DNA of 64,000 nt from Tricharina praecox (Eukaryota): NCBI RefSeq assembly GCF_024521635.1, contig NW_026250427.1, positions 124,001-188,000 on the forward strand, given 5' to 3'. Below, in pieces: positions 53,401 to 64,000 of the stretch; within the stretch, counting starts at the first letter, position 1, and every line of letters starts with the position of its first letter. Position numbers and translations under genes: made by a program. The notes under the pieces were generated by a model. The model did no database searches. It was given only the letters and a program-made list of their open reading frames with translations, and was not told the DNA's origin.

Positions 53401-55466
53401 AGACATGAGTGGGAGTGGGTATCGATTGGCGATAGTGACGCGGTTGAGTCCTCGATAGTCGACGCAAAGGCGAAGACCACGTCCATGGGCCTTCGGGACG
53501 AAGAGAATGGGGGCTCCCGCGCTGGAGGTGGACCGACGTATCTTCCCGGTCCGTAGCATGTCCTTCAACCATTCTCGGAGGGCTTAGAGCTCTGCTTCCG
53601 AGAGGGCATAGATTGGACCCCAAGGAGTTGTGGTATCTTCCTTGAGCCGGATCTCGTGGTCGTAGGAGCGGTGTTCCGGAAGTGCATCTGCGGCTTCTTT
53701 TCCCATGATATCAAGAAAGCCGCGGAATTCTTCTGGTATCGGTTCCAAGGGGTCCGTCGCCAGCTCAACGGCCGCGACGTATCCTATTACCCTAGCGTCC
53801 GGATCATTGCAATCTCCGGGTCATAGCTTAGGGGAAACTCCGTTGCTGCGTGCTTGGTGCAGTTCTTCAAACAGGAGGGGCTGTTGAAGCGGAGTTCGGG
53901 GGTGTCCCAAGCACCTTGTGGGGTGTGCTTGGCTATCCACCAGTAGGGGAGGAACGCGTCGACTCCCGATTCGAGGGAGGTCATCTCGAAGACTTCTTGG
54001 GAGTAGTGGTTCCGGTGATGGAGGAGAAGGGGCATTGTATAATATTGGCCGCCTTCTTTGATGGGTTCGCTGGTAAAGCCACGCAAGCTGACGGCTTGTT
54101 CGTGCTTCTGCCGGGGAATCTTTAACCGCGACGATAGGGAGGAGTCCAGGAGGGGGGTAGAACAGCCGGTGTCTAGTAACACTCGGATTCGGCTTTGTTG
54201 TTTGTTGCCCCAGTGTAACATCATCTCCACTATCGGTCGGTTTCCGTTTTTTGGCTTGGGCGCGGACGTAGGGGTTATCCGTCTTCGCTTATCCCGTTCG
54301 TTTATTCACAAGATGCGCTGGCGGTCCTCGGTCCGCGGATAGAAGTCGAGGTATTCTTCCACCGCGTCCCACCAAGGGCGGAACGGGGTGGTAGGCATCC
54401 CGTCAAAGCTCTTTGGATTGCTGAGACGTAGCTTTTGCACTCCTTCTTGGGAAGCTCTGAAAGCTTCCGAGACAACTCTAGCGAAGCGACGTTCGTCGGT
54501 CTCGTTAGGCTCGGGAGATGCACGAGTCTCCCTCGGTCGGCACGGAGGAGGGCTTGACGAATGCCTGTTGTCTTCGTCCATCGGGTCGTCGTCCGATGGC
54601 GGCCCACCTGGGGGAAGTACTGGAGGTCTCGGGGGGATTGGGGGTGCTCCTCCACGTCCGGTGCCACTACTCTGAGGTGGTGGATAAGAGTCCGTTGACT
54701 CAGATCTTCGCGGGCTCCTGTGGGCCCACGGGGGTGTAGCGTCGCGGGGTGCCCGGCCGCGAAGGGAGACTTCTCGGGTTGCCCTTTTTGTTTTGGCTAA
54801 TGCGTCTGCGAGTTTCTTTTGTTCTGACGCGAGGCGAGCCGTCTCCGCTTCCTGCTGTGCTGCCCATCTTTCCAGGTTTTGTCGGTACTGGGCCTGCTCC
54901 CGTTGGCGTTCCAGATCTGCCGTCTGAAGGAATACCATCGCGTCTTTCATGCGTGCATTCGCTTCTTCCTGGATGAAGATTCGCCGTGTGGTATCGTTCG
55001 TTTTTTCGGTGATCATGTCCCAGACATCGCTACTGAAGGCCTGTGTCGCGTTTGCGATTGCGGATAGCTCCGTGCGCAACCATTCTTGTTGGACCGTTGC
55101 GTCTGAGTTCTGGAGGTCGAACAGGTACTGGCAACCGCGATAGAGTGCCTCGTAGTTTTGTTCGATTTCTCGCATTCGGCGGTTCCCGTGGTCGAAGGTT
55201 TTGTCACAGGCGACGTAGAGCGATCGGAGGTCTCTTTGCGCCGTGCGATGGAGGTTGATCATCATCCGGACCCAGTCTGCGGGGCTACGAACTTCGACGG
55301 TTGAGTCATCGATAGAGGTATCATTGATGACCTCTTGTAGGGATCGTGGGCGCTCTAGTCGGAGCATATCCACGTTGGAAGAGGGTGCGGCAATCGGTCT
55401 GGAGGGGGATGCCATTTCGTAGGTGGTAATTCTTTAGAAAAGGATCGATTTTTCTTAAGATTATAC

Positions 55467-56205
55467 TGTGAGACTGGAACGATTTCGGTCGTCGGAGTCG
55501 ATTGATAGAATAGGATAAGAATGAAAATAGATAGTATTCTTTCTTTCACAACGGAATAATCTTAAGGGGTAGTGGCGATGGTTTTCTGGTCGCTGATTCT
55601 GATGATGAATCTTTCGTCGTATCGTCGGAAGTCTATATAGTTGGATGATGTGATCGAGTCACGTGCCAGCCGTTGCCGTAGTTTGTTGCCGGATGGAACC
55701 CCTGGCGTGAAATCTCTGCACTTGGTGCAGAGACTTTCTCCGCCATGTCATCAGAGTCGTCGTAAGCCTTCAAGATAGTTTATACAAACTAGGCAGGTAT
55801 GGCGCACCAATCCTTACCCGGGCATAGTCCGGTTTCAGCTATCTTTTCGCTGGGCAACGGCTGCGCCTTTCGGCACGGCTCTTATTTGCTTAAGACGCGA
55901 GAAGAGGGGCAACACTCGTCATAGTGGTTTTTCTCCGATCAGAGTTTTCTCTGCGCTTGTTTCGTGATTCGCCTGCCTCAAGTCAAGCATGACTGTATCG
56001 GACTTTTCGTGCGTATCGCTGCGCCTCTGATCCCACCTAGACTCTGGTCCAGTTTGCTTCCTTCCTTCCTATCTCGTTTCTGACTAGCTACGACTAATCT
56101 GAAGGTTCCCTCCTGTTCCCGGCCTTATCTAACTATTTTACCCGAACTCCCGTTGGTAAGAAGCCGAACCCTGAAGTGGGGGCCGACTGCGACCAGGGTG
56201 TCACA
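55467..56205 (-). repeat. LTR B (5' LTR, 739 bp)
   Basis: Same sequence as LTR A. Followed on the minus strand by the PBS region and gag ATG at 55415. It abuts the protease region of the next copy at 56206. Confidence 0.95.
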
Positions 56206-59200
56206 CGCGTCCACTCCCGGTTCGAGGGAGGTCATCTCGAAGACTTCTTGGGAGTAGTGGTTCCGGTGATGGAGGAGAAGGGGCATTGTATAATATTGGC
56301 CGCCTTCTTTGATGGGTTCGCCGGTAAAGCCACGCAAGCTGACGGCTTGTTCGTGCTTCTGCCGGGGAATCTTTAACCGCGACGATAGGGAGGAGTCCAG
56401 GAGGGGGGTAGAACAGCCGGTGTCTAGTAACACTCGGATTTGGCTTTGTTGTTTGTTGCCCCAGTGTAACATCATCTCCACTATCGGACGGTTTCCGTTT
56501 CTTGGCTTGGGCGCGGACGTAGGGGTTGTCCGTCTTCGCTTATCCCGTTCGTTTTTTGAGGGTTCGGGACCCGGCCGGTTTCTGGATGTGCCGCATATAT
56601 ACACCGTGGTCTTAGGCTGCGGCCTGCCTTGACCTAACAAAAATCCTGCTCCTCGTTCCAACCTTACGCCCAGACGGGAGGGGCATCTCTCATGGCCTCG
56701 TCCCTGATATCCACTGCAGCGGTTTTGGGCGCCTTGGATTTTGGTGGTTCCGACTAGTCAATTGCGCTGCGCTTTCGCTTGTTTGCGCCTGCGACCTTTC
56801 GTGGGGCTGGTGGAAGTTGGGTGTTACCGACCGTCTTCGCTGCATAGCAGGCAAGGGCTCGGTGTCCTTCTCTTCCACATCTCATGCAGCCACCGGACTT
56901 CTTGTGGGCGTCTATCTCCTGCTGAGGGACCCCATCCAATGCTGCCTTCATCCCATGCTAGATCCCCTCCTCTTTACCCGTCCGTGAACCGGACTGACCA
57001 CCTCGGCTCGAATCTCCCTTCGGCCGGTGGTCCTCCTTTTTCTTTCCCTGGCTTTTCAGCCCCTTGCCAGATTCCTTCGAGCTACCACTCGAACTCTGGC
57101 CACCCGATCCACCCCTCTCCTTTGATTTCAGCAGCGCCTTCTTGCGCTCCACGTGCCGTCCTGCTTCGTAGGTCGCGTGTAGGAACGGCTCGTCTTCCCG
57201 GAAGATTCCCGCATTCTGGGCAAAGCGCATATCGATGATATCAGCAGGCGTGGCTTTATCGATCATGTCCTGCAAGGCCTCTCCGGTGACTTGAGCGTGG
57301 AGATTCAACGCTCTGAATGAGGTGAGGTATGATTTGATATCTCCCTTGTAACGAAGGGCCCACATCTTGTCCAATGCCTCTCCTGCCTCACGGGGGTCCA
57401 GGTATTCTTCCTGAATAGCGTCTGCGTACGCTTGCCAGGTGTCCCGACGTCGCAAGGTCCTTCGCCGTGCCTGGTGCCATTCCAGTGCCTCATGGGTAAG
57501 CAATGTGCCTATTCACAAGATGCGCTGGCGGTCCTCGGTCTGCGGATAGAAGGCGAGGTATTCTTCCACCGCGTCCCACCAAGGGCGGAAGGGGGTGGTA
57601 GGCTTCCCGTCAAAGCTCTTTGGATTGCTGAGACGTAGCTTTTGCACTCCTTCTTGGGAAGTTCTGAACGCTTCCGAGAGAACTCTAGCGAAGCGGCGTT
57701 CGTCGGTCTCGTTAGGTTCGGGAGATGCGCGAGTCTCCCTCGGTCGGCGCGGAGGAGGGCTTGACGAATGCCTGTTGTCTTCGTCCATCGGGTCGTCGTC
57801 CGATGGCGGCCCACCTGGGGGAAGTACTGGAGGTCTCGGGGGGATTGGGGGTGCTCCTCCACTTCCGGTGCCACTACTCTGAGGTGGTGGATAAGAGTCC
57901 GTTGACTCAGATCTTCGCGGGCTCCTTTGGGCCCACGGGGGTGTAGCGTCGCGGGGTGCCTGGCCCCGAAGGGAGACTTCTCGGGTTGCCCTTTTTGTTT
58001 TGGCTAATGCGTCTGCGAGTTTTTTCTGTTCTGACGCGAGCCGAGCCGTCTCCGCTTCCTGCTGTGCTGCCCATCTTTCCAGGTTTTGTTGGTACTGGGC
58101 CTGCTCCCGTTGGCGTTCGAGATCTGCCGTCTGGAGGAATACCATCGCGTCTTTCATGCGTGCATTCGCTTCTTCCTGGATGAAAATTCGCCGTGTGGCG
58201 TCGTTCGTTTTTTCGGTGATCATGTCCCAGACATCGCTACTGAAGGTCTGCGCCGCGTTCGCGATTGCGGATAGCTCCGTGCGCAACCATTCTTGTTGGA
58301 CCGTTGCATCTGAGTTCTGGAGGTCAAACAGGTACTGGCAACCGCGATAGAGTGCCTCGTAGTTTTGTTCGATTTCTCGCATTCGGCGGTTCCCGTGGTC
58401 GAAGGTTTTGTCACAGGCGACGTAGAGCGATCGGAGGTCTCTTTGCGCCGTGCGATGGAGGTTGATCATCATCCGGACCCAGTCTGCGGGGCTACGAACT
58501 TCGACGGTTGAGTCATCGATAGAGGTATCATTGATGACCTCTTGTAGGGATCGTGGGCGCTCTAGTCGGAGCATATCCACGTTGGAAGAGGGTGCGGCAA
58601 TCGGTCTGGAGGGGGATGCCATTTCGTAGGTGGTAATTCTTTAGAAAAGGATCGATTTTTCTTAAGATTATACTGTGAGACTGGAACGATTTCGGTCGTC
58701 GGAGTCGATTGATAGAATAGGATAAGAATGAAAATAGATAGTATTCTTTCTTTCACAACGGAATAATCTTAAGAGGTAGTGGCGATGGTTTTCTGGTCGC
58801 TGATTCTGATGATGAATCTTTCGTCGTGTCGTCGGAAGTCTATATAGTTGGGTGATGTGATCGAGTCACGTGCCAGCCGTTGCCGTAGTTTGTTGCCGGA
58901 TGGAACCCCTGGCGTGAAATCTCTGCACTTGGTGCGGAGACTTTCTCCGCCATGTCATCAGAGTCGTCGTAAGCCTTCAAGATAGTTTATACAAACTAGG
59001 CAGGTATGGCGCACCAATCCTTACCCGGGCATAGTCCGGTTTCAGCTATCTTTTCGCTGGGCAACGGCTGCGCCTTTCGGCACGGCTCTTATTTGCTTAA
59101 GACGCGAGAAGAGGGGCAACACTCGTCATGGTGGTTTTTCTCCGATCAGAGTTTTCTCTGCGCTTGTTTCGCGATTCGCCTGCCTCAAGTCAAGCATGAC

Positions 59201-59412
59201 TGTATCGGACTTTTCGTGCGTATCGCTGCGCCTCCGATGCCACCTAGACTCTGGTTCCGTTTGTTTCCTTCCTTCCTATCTCGTCTCTGACTAGCTACGA
59301 CTAATCTAAAAGGTTCCCTCCTGTTCCCCGATCTATCTAACTATTTTTCCTGAACTCCCGTTGGTAAGCAGCCAGACCCTGAAGCCGGGCCGACTGCGAC
59401 CAGGGTGTCACA
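56206..59412 (-). mobile_element. Second family-1 chromovirus copy: 5' LTR, full-length gag with stops, and the start of pol, truncated by LTR B
   Basis: gag from 58622 is nearly identical to the 55415 copy and continues through the capsid and CMRCGREGHRALAC knuckle to about 56634, with internal stops. Pol (protease LLDTGCS) is cut at ...EPGVDA. Confidence 0.93.
58674..59412 (-). repeat. LTR C (5' LTR, 739 bp)
   Basis: Third copy of the LTR. It interrupts the integrase zinc finger (...FVRSCAQC) of the family-2 element at 59413. Confidence 0.95.
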
Positions 59413-62400
59413 CACTGCGCGCAACTCCGGACGAAGTCTATAATCTGCTCGTCCATCTTTGGCCACCAGAAATTGCGTCGGATAAGTTCGATAGTCTTCT
59501 CCTGGCCCATATGCTCCGCGACTTTCGTATCGTGTTCCGACTCGAGGATGTGTCTGACGAGTTCCTTGTCGTCTGGTACCCATAGCCTTTCTTTCCTATA
59601 CAGGCACCCCTCTTCCATCCTCAAAATCCTGGCCTTTCGATCCATCCTTCCGGAGTCCCTACTCTCGGCGGCCAGTTCCCAGGCCTTTCGGCCCTCCGAC
59701 TCAGTGTCCTTCTGAGCCGCGTCCTCGTTCGTGTCCTTGATGCTACTCAGAGCCTCCTGATACCCAGCATCTTCCTTTCCTGCCTTCCTGACCCAACCCA
59801 GAAATTCTTCATTCCACTTTGGTACGCGGATTGATTGTAGCCGAGTTGACGAAGCCAGGAACACGGTGCTTTCGCCTCCGGTGCTGATTGATGAAACTCT
59901 CGAATCGTCGCCTGCAAAGTGTGATTTATGCAGGATCGTCGTAATCGGCTGATCTTCACCCCCCCCTTTTTCAGGGCGGTACTCCGGGCGCCTGGATAAT
60001 GCGTCAGGCTTGGCGTTCTGGCTGCTGGGCCGGTAGTAGACTTTGAAGTCGATGCCAGCGAGTTCTTGTGCCCATCTCGCCTGCCGTCGATTGAGTACTT
60101 TCGTGGTTGTGAAGTACTCCAGGTTCTGGTGGTCGCTGTACACCTGAATCTGGTGTTTTGCTCCCTCGAGGTATTGCCGCCAGCGTTTGAAAGAGTCTAC
60201 TATCGCGAGTAGTTCCTTATCGTGAATCTCGAAGTTGATTTCGGCTGGGGTAAACTTTCTTGAGTGGAACGCAACCGGGTGTAACTTCCCATCTTCTGCC
60301 CTTTGAGACAGGACCGCGCCCAACGCGAAGTCCGAAGCGTCGGATTCCACCACGACAGGTAATTCTGGGTTGAAGTGCCCGGGAATCGGTGCCGTGGTGA
60401 ATCTGGACTTCAGCTCCTCGAAGGCCAGTTCCACCTCCTCTGTCCATCTCCAATCTTTCCCTTTTTCTTTTGTGCTCTCGGTCAAGGGTCTCGTGATCTT
60501 TGAGAAATCCTTGATGAAGCGCCTGTAAAAATTGGCGAACCCAAGAAAGGCTTGTACTTCCTTGAGGGACCGCGGCGCCTCTCACGAGAGCACAGATTCC
60601 ACCTTGTCCTTAGCCATCTCAATTCCATCTTGGGATATCACGTATCCTAGGAACTCGACTCTCCCTGTCGACCAGACACACTTCTCTGGTGAGATTGCCA
60701 ACTCATTTTCTTCCAACCTCCTTAGTACCTCGATGACTATCTTGTCGTGCTCCTCGTGCGTCTTCGCATAGATGAGGAGGTCATCGATGTACGCGACCAG
60801 TCCCAGGTCCAACATATCCCGAAATATGTGGTTAATCATGTCCTGAAACGTCGCTGGAGCGTTGGTCAGCCCAAACGGCATGACCAAAAACTCAAACAGT
60901 CCGTATCGACAGCGGAAAGCCGTCTTCCACTCGTCACCTTCCTTGATGCGGATAAGGTGATAGCCATTCTTCAGATCAATCTTGGTGAAGACTTTCGCAC
61001 CCCTGACTCGGTCTTGCAACTCTGCCATGATCGGGAGTGGGTAGCGATTGGCTACGGTAATCTTGTTGATACCGCGATAGTCGACACACAATCTGAGACC
61101 CCTGCCGTGCGCCTTTGGTACAAATAATATCGGCGCCCCGGCTGGTGATTTGGATCTTCGAATCTTGCCTGTCTGGAGCATCTCCTTGAGCCACTCCCTG
61201 AGGGCCTCAAGTTCTTTCTCTGACAGCGCATAGATAGGACCCCATGGAGGAGTCTCTCCTTCCTTGAGATCGATTGCGTGGTCGTAGGACTTGTGGTCGG
61301 GAAGCTTATCGGCTGCTTCCTTGCTCATGATGTTGGCATATCGTCTGAACTTCTCCGGAAGCAGATTCATGGGTGGATCTGATTCCGGGCCAGCTGAGAC
61401 GTATCCAATAATGCGAGCCTCCGAATTGTGAATGACAGACGTGTCAAGTTCCATCGGAAAGCTGGTTGCTTGATGCAAGGTACATTGTTCCTTGCAACGG
61501 GCACTGGTGAAGCGAATTTTCTGTGCTTCATTCTCCCACAACCCTGTCGGTTCATGCTTAGCCATCCACCAATACGGGAGGTAGGCATCGCAGTCGTCCA
61601 AGGGAGCCACTTCGAAGGTTTCGTTGGTGTAGTGCCTCCGGTGTTGAAGGAGCATCGGCATTGTATAATATTCCCCGGCTCCTTCCACTATGGTTCCGTG
61701 GAAGTCCTTGATTTCCACCGGCTTGGGTCGTTGAATGAGTGGCAACCCAAGTTCTCGTGCAAGGCTTCGTTTGATGATCGGAATGGCACATCCTGTGTCA
61801 AGGAGTACTCGGATCCGTCGTCGCTTGTGTTCAGACCAGAGGAGCATCATTTCTATGATTGGTCGTGGTCCGCTGACAGGTTTTGGGGGCTCACACCCTG
61901 AAGCGCTCGGCGCGGTTGGACTCGTAGGAATAGGTTGGTCTCTTCGTCTTCGCTTATCTCTGGATTCGCTGTCGATATCCTGAGGCCGTGGTCTCTTCGT
62001 TCCGCAAACATATACACTTGGCCGTCCAGTCTGCGGAGTGCTGGGGCTGCTCAAAAATCCTCCGGCTCACTCTCATTCCTTTCCCAGAATGGAGGGGCCT
62101 CCGTCATTGCTTCATCCTCCACCACAACCGCCGCAGCCTTGTGTTGCTTGGACCTCGGTCGAGTGGGTTCGGCATCCTGGGTGTCCCGCTTTCTCTTTGT
62201 CACGGATGACACCTTTAGACTCTCGGGGAGTTCGGTACCCGCGACTGTTTTTCTGGCGTAGCATTGGAAGGTCCGGTGGCCGTCTCGTCCGCAACGCCAA
62301 CAGTCGCACTTGGATGCTTTGTGGGCATCGATCTCCTTCTGGGGAACCCCTACCAGAGCCTCCTTTGCTCCTGCGTAGATGTCCCCTTCCCTTGTCCTTC

Positions 62401-64000
62401 CCTTCCTGACCCCTGTTGCTTCCTTGGCCTTTCGGCCCTCCGGGGAGTCCCCACTTTCCTTGCGGCCCCCGGGGTCTCTGCCCTTTCCTTGGCCCTGCCG
62501 GCCGTTGCCAGGTCCCTTCCGGTCGCCGCCGGAACCTTGGCTACCCGATCCCCCTTTCCTCATTGCCCTTGCCTTCTTCAGCGCATCCCGCCGTTCCACA
62601 TAGTTGCCAGCCCTGAGCACCGTTTCCAGGAAGTCTTCATCGTCTTCGTAGGGTTCGGTGTGCTGGTTGAAGCACATGTCGACGATGTCGGTGGTCATGG
62701 CCTGGTTGACTATGTCTTGTAACGGTTCGCCGGTGGCGCGAGCGATCATGTTGAGCGATCGGAAGGAGGTCATGTAAGCCTGGATGTCTCCTTTGTATTC
62801 GAGGGCCCACATCCTTCTTAATGCGTTCGCTCCTTCCTGCGTGTCGCGGTACGCCTCCTTGAGTGCCTCTTGGTACGCCTGCCACGTATCCTCCAAGTGT
62901 AGCTGCCTCAGGCTTTTTCGACGGGCCTGATGCCATTCTGCCGCTGTTCCTTCCAGTCGCGATCTTACCCACGCTATCTTCTGCTGCTCGTTTGTCTCTG
63001 GGTGGAACTCAAGATGTTCTTCAACTGAGTCCCACCATGGACGGAAGGCTGTCCTTTGCTTGCCATCGAACGGCTTGGGCTCTTTCATCTTTAGCTTGAT
63101 GGCCCTTGGGTTCGATGCGGAGACGGCAGCGGCGATGATCCGAGCGAAGCAACTCTCTTCGTCTTCGCCGTCATCTCTTGGTAGCGGAGCGTTTCGGTGA
63201 CGGGGCGGCGAACGACGCGGCAAGGGGATGGAATCGTCATCATCTGATGGTTCCTCATCCGAGGGATCACCTCCAAGGTTAGTCACTGGACGTCTTGGGG
63301 GGGGAGGAGGAGGGGACATTCCTGCACCTGCCAGAGTTTCCCTTGTTGCTGATCTTTCTGCCCGCGATCCTCCTCTTGGGGTGGAGTTTACCCACTCTGG
63401 CGCCTTTTCCTTCGCCTTTCCTGTCCTTACCTCCACAGCCTTCAATTTTTTCTCCGCTCGAGCGATTTTTTCCTTGATTCGCTGTTGCTCATTGTAGAGG
63501 TATTCTGCCTTCTCTTCCTGTTTCCCCGCCCATATTTCCACGTTGCGGTTGTACACCGCTTGCTCCCTGCGTTGTTCGACTTGCGCGGTTTCGAGGAACA
63601 CAATGGTGTCTTGTAGCCGAGCGTTTGCAACGCTTTGCAGCTCGCGGTTGTCTTCGTCTTTCTGGTTATGTTCTCGAATGAGTGCCCATACGCCGCTGCT
63701 CAGGGCGTGCGCCGCGTTCGCTAACGTTGACAGCTCGGTTCGAAGCCATTCTGTATTCATTTCGGCATTGTGAGCGTGGAGGTTGTACACATACTTGACC
63801 CCATCGCAGAGTTGTTCGTAGTTACTTCTGATTTCCTGAATTCGGGAGTCCTCTTCTTGGAACTTCTGATCGCATGCTTGGTAAAGTTGGCGCAGGTCTC
63901 TTTGTGCCGTTTGGTATTGGTGGTTCATCAACCTGAGCCAGGCTGCCGAGTTTTGCACTTCGACAGTTTCGGATGCTTGAGGAATGCTAACGAGCGCGTT
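59413..64000 (-). mobile_element. Related Ty3/Gypsy element, family 2 (gag and pol up to the integrase zinc finger); extends beyond the window
   Basis: Open gag (at least 63958-62051) with a CWRCGRDGHRTFQC knuckle. Pol is in the -1 frame from 62054: LLDTGCA, RT YIDD, RNase H ESDASDFALG, one in-frame TGA at 60582-60584 where family 1 has Trp. Colinear with family 1 but clearly diverged. Confidence 0.93.

Larger units (their letters stand above)
49712..56205 (-). mobile_element. Ty3/Gypsy chromovirus, family 1, LTR-to-LTR but defective
   Basis: gag 55415-54306, then pol with protease LLDTGCS, RT (LRLCVDYRGLN, YIDD), RNase H (ETDASDFALG), integrase (HDTKVAGH...CPEC, IAMDFI, IVSDRD, TDGQTER), GPF/Y motif and chromodomain EYDVEEV...VRWLNYP...WTHEP ending at 50590. 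Lesions: ~0.96 kb gag deletion, frameshift near 53810, stops near 53585 and at 52747. Confidence 0.95.

Noticed and set aside
45857..62060. Alternative genetic code (stop reassignment) to explain the many in-frame stops
   Set aside because: All three stop types occur, only in repeats and the pseudogene, while intact genes end normally in TAG, TAA and TGA.

Overview
Eukaryotic DNA from a filamentous ascomycete (inferred from GT-AG introns with CTRAC branch sites, a Zn2Cys6 factor, and Tad1-like LINE and chromovirus relics). I reconstructed exon structures by hand, checking splice phases. Intact genes are SSZ1 (RAC Hsp70), RET2 (delta-COP), a fungal TACC/Slk19-like coiled-coil protein, a six-exon Zn2Cys6 transcription factor with about 10 kb of non-coding DNA on each side, a tRNA-Cys(GCA), a conserved hypothetical nuclear protein and BZZ1. 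A divergent BiP/Kar2-like Hsp70 (signal peptide, C-terminal HNEL) is intact except that intron 3 ends in TAA instead of TAG. The right end holds a Harbinger-like MITE, a HeLo-like-N/ankyrin gene broken only by six in-frame stops, and a roughly 14.5 kb nest of Ty3/Gypsy chromoviruses. In that nest I see a Tf1-type self-priming PBS and a G_GAU_UUU -1 frameshift site shared by two element families. No wholly new multi-gene system is evident. The best leads are the GT-AA intron, the NOD-less HeLo-like/ankyrin gene and the retroelement cis-signals. All family assignments come from motif recognition, not database searches.
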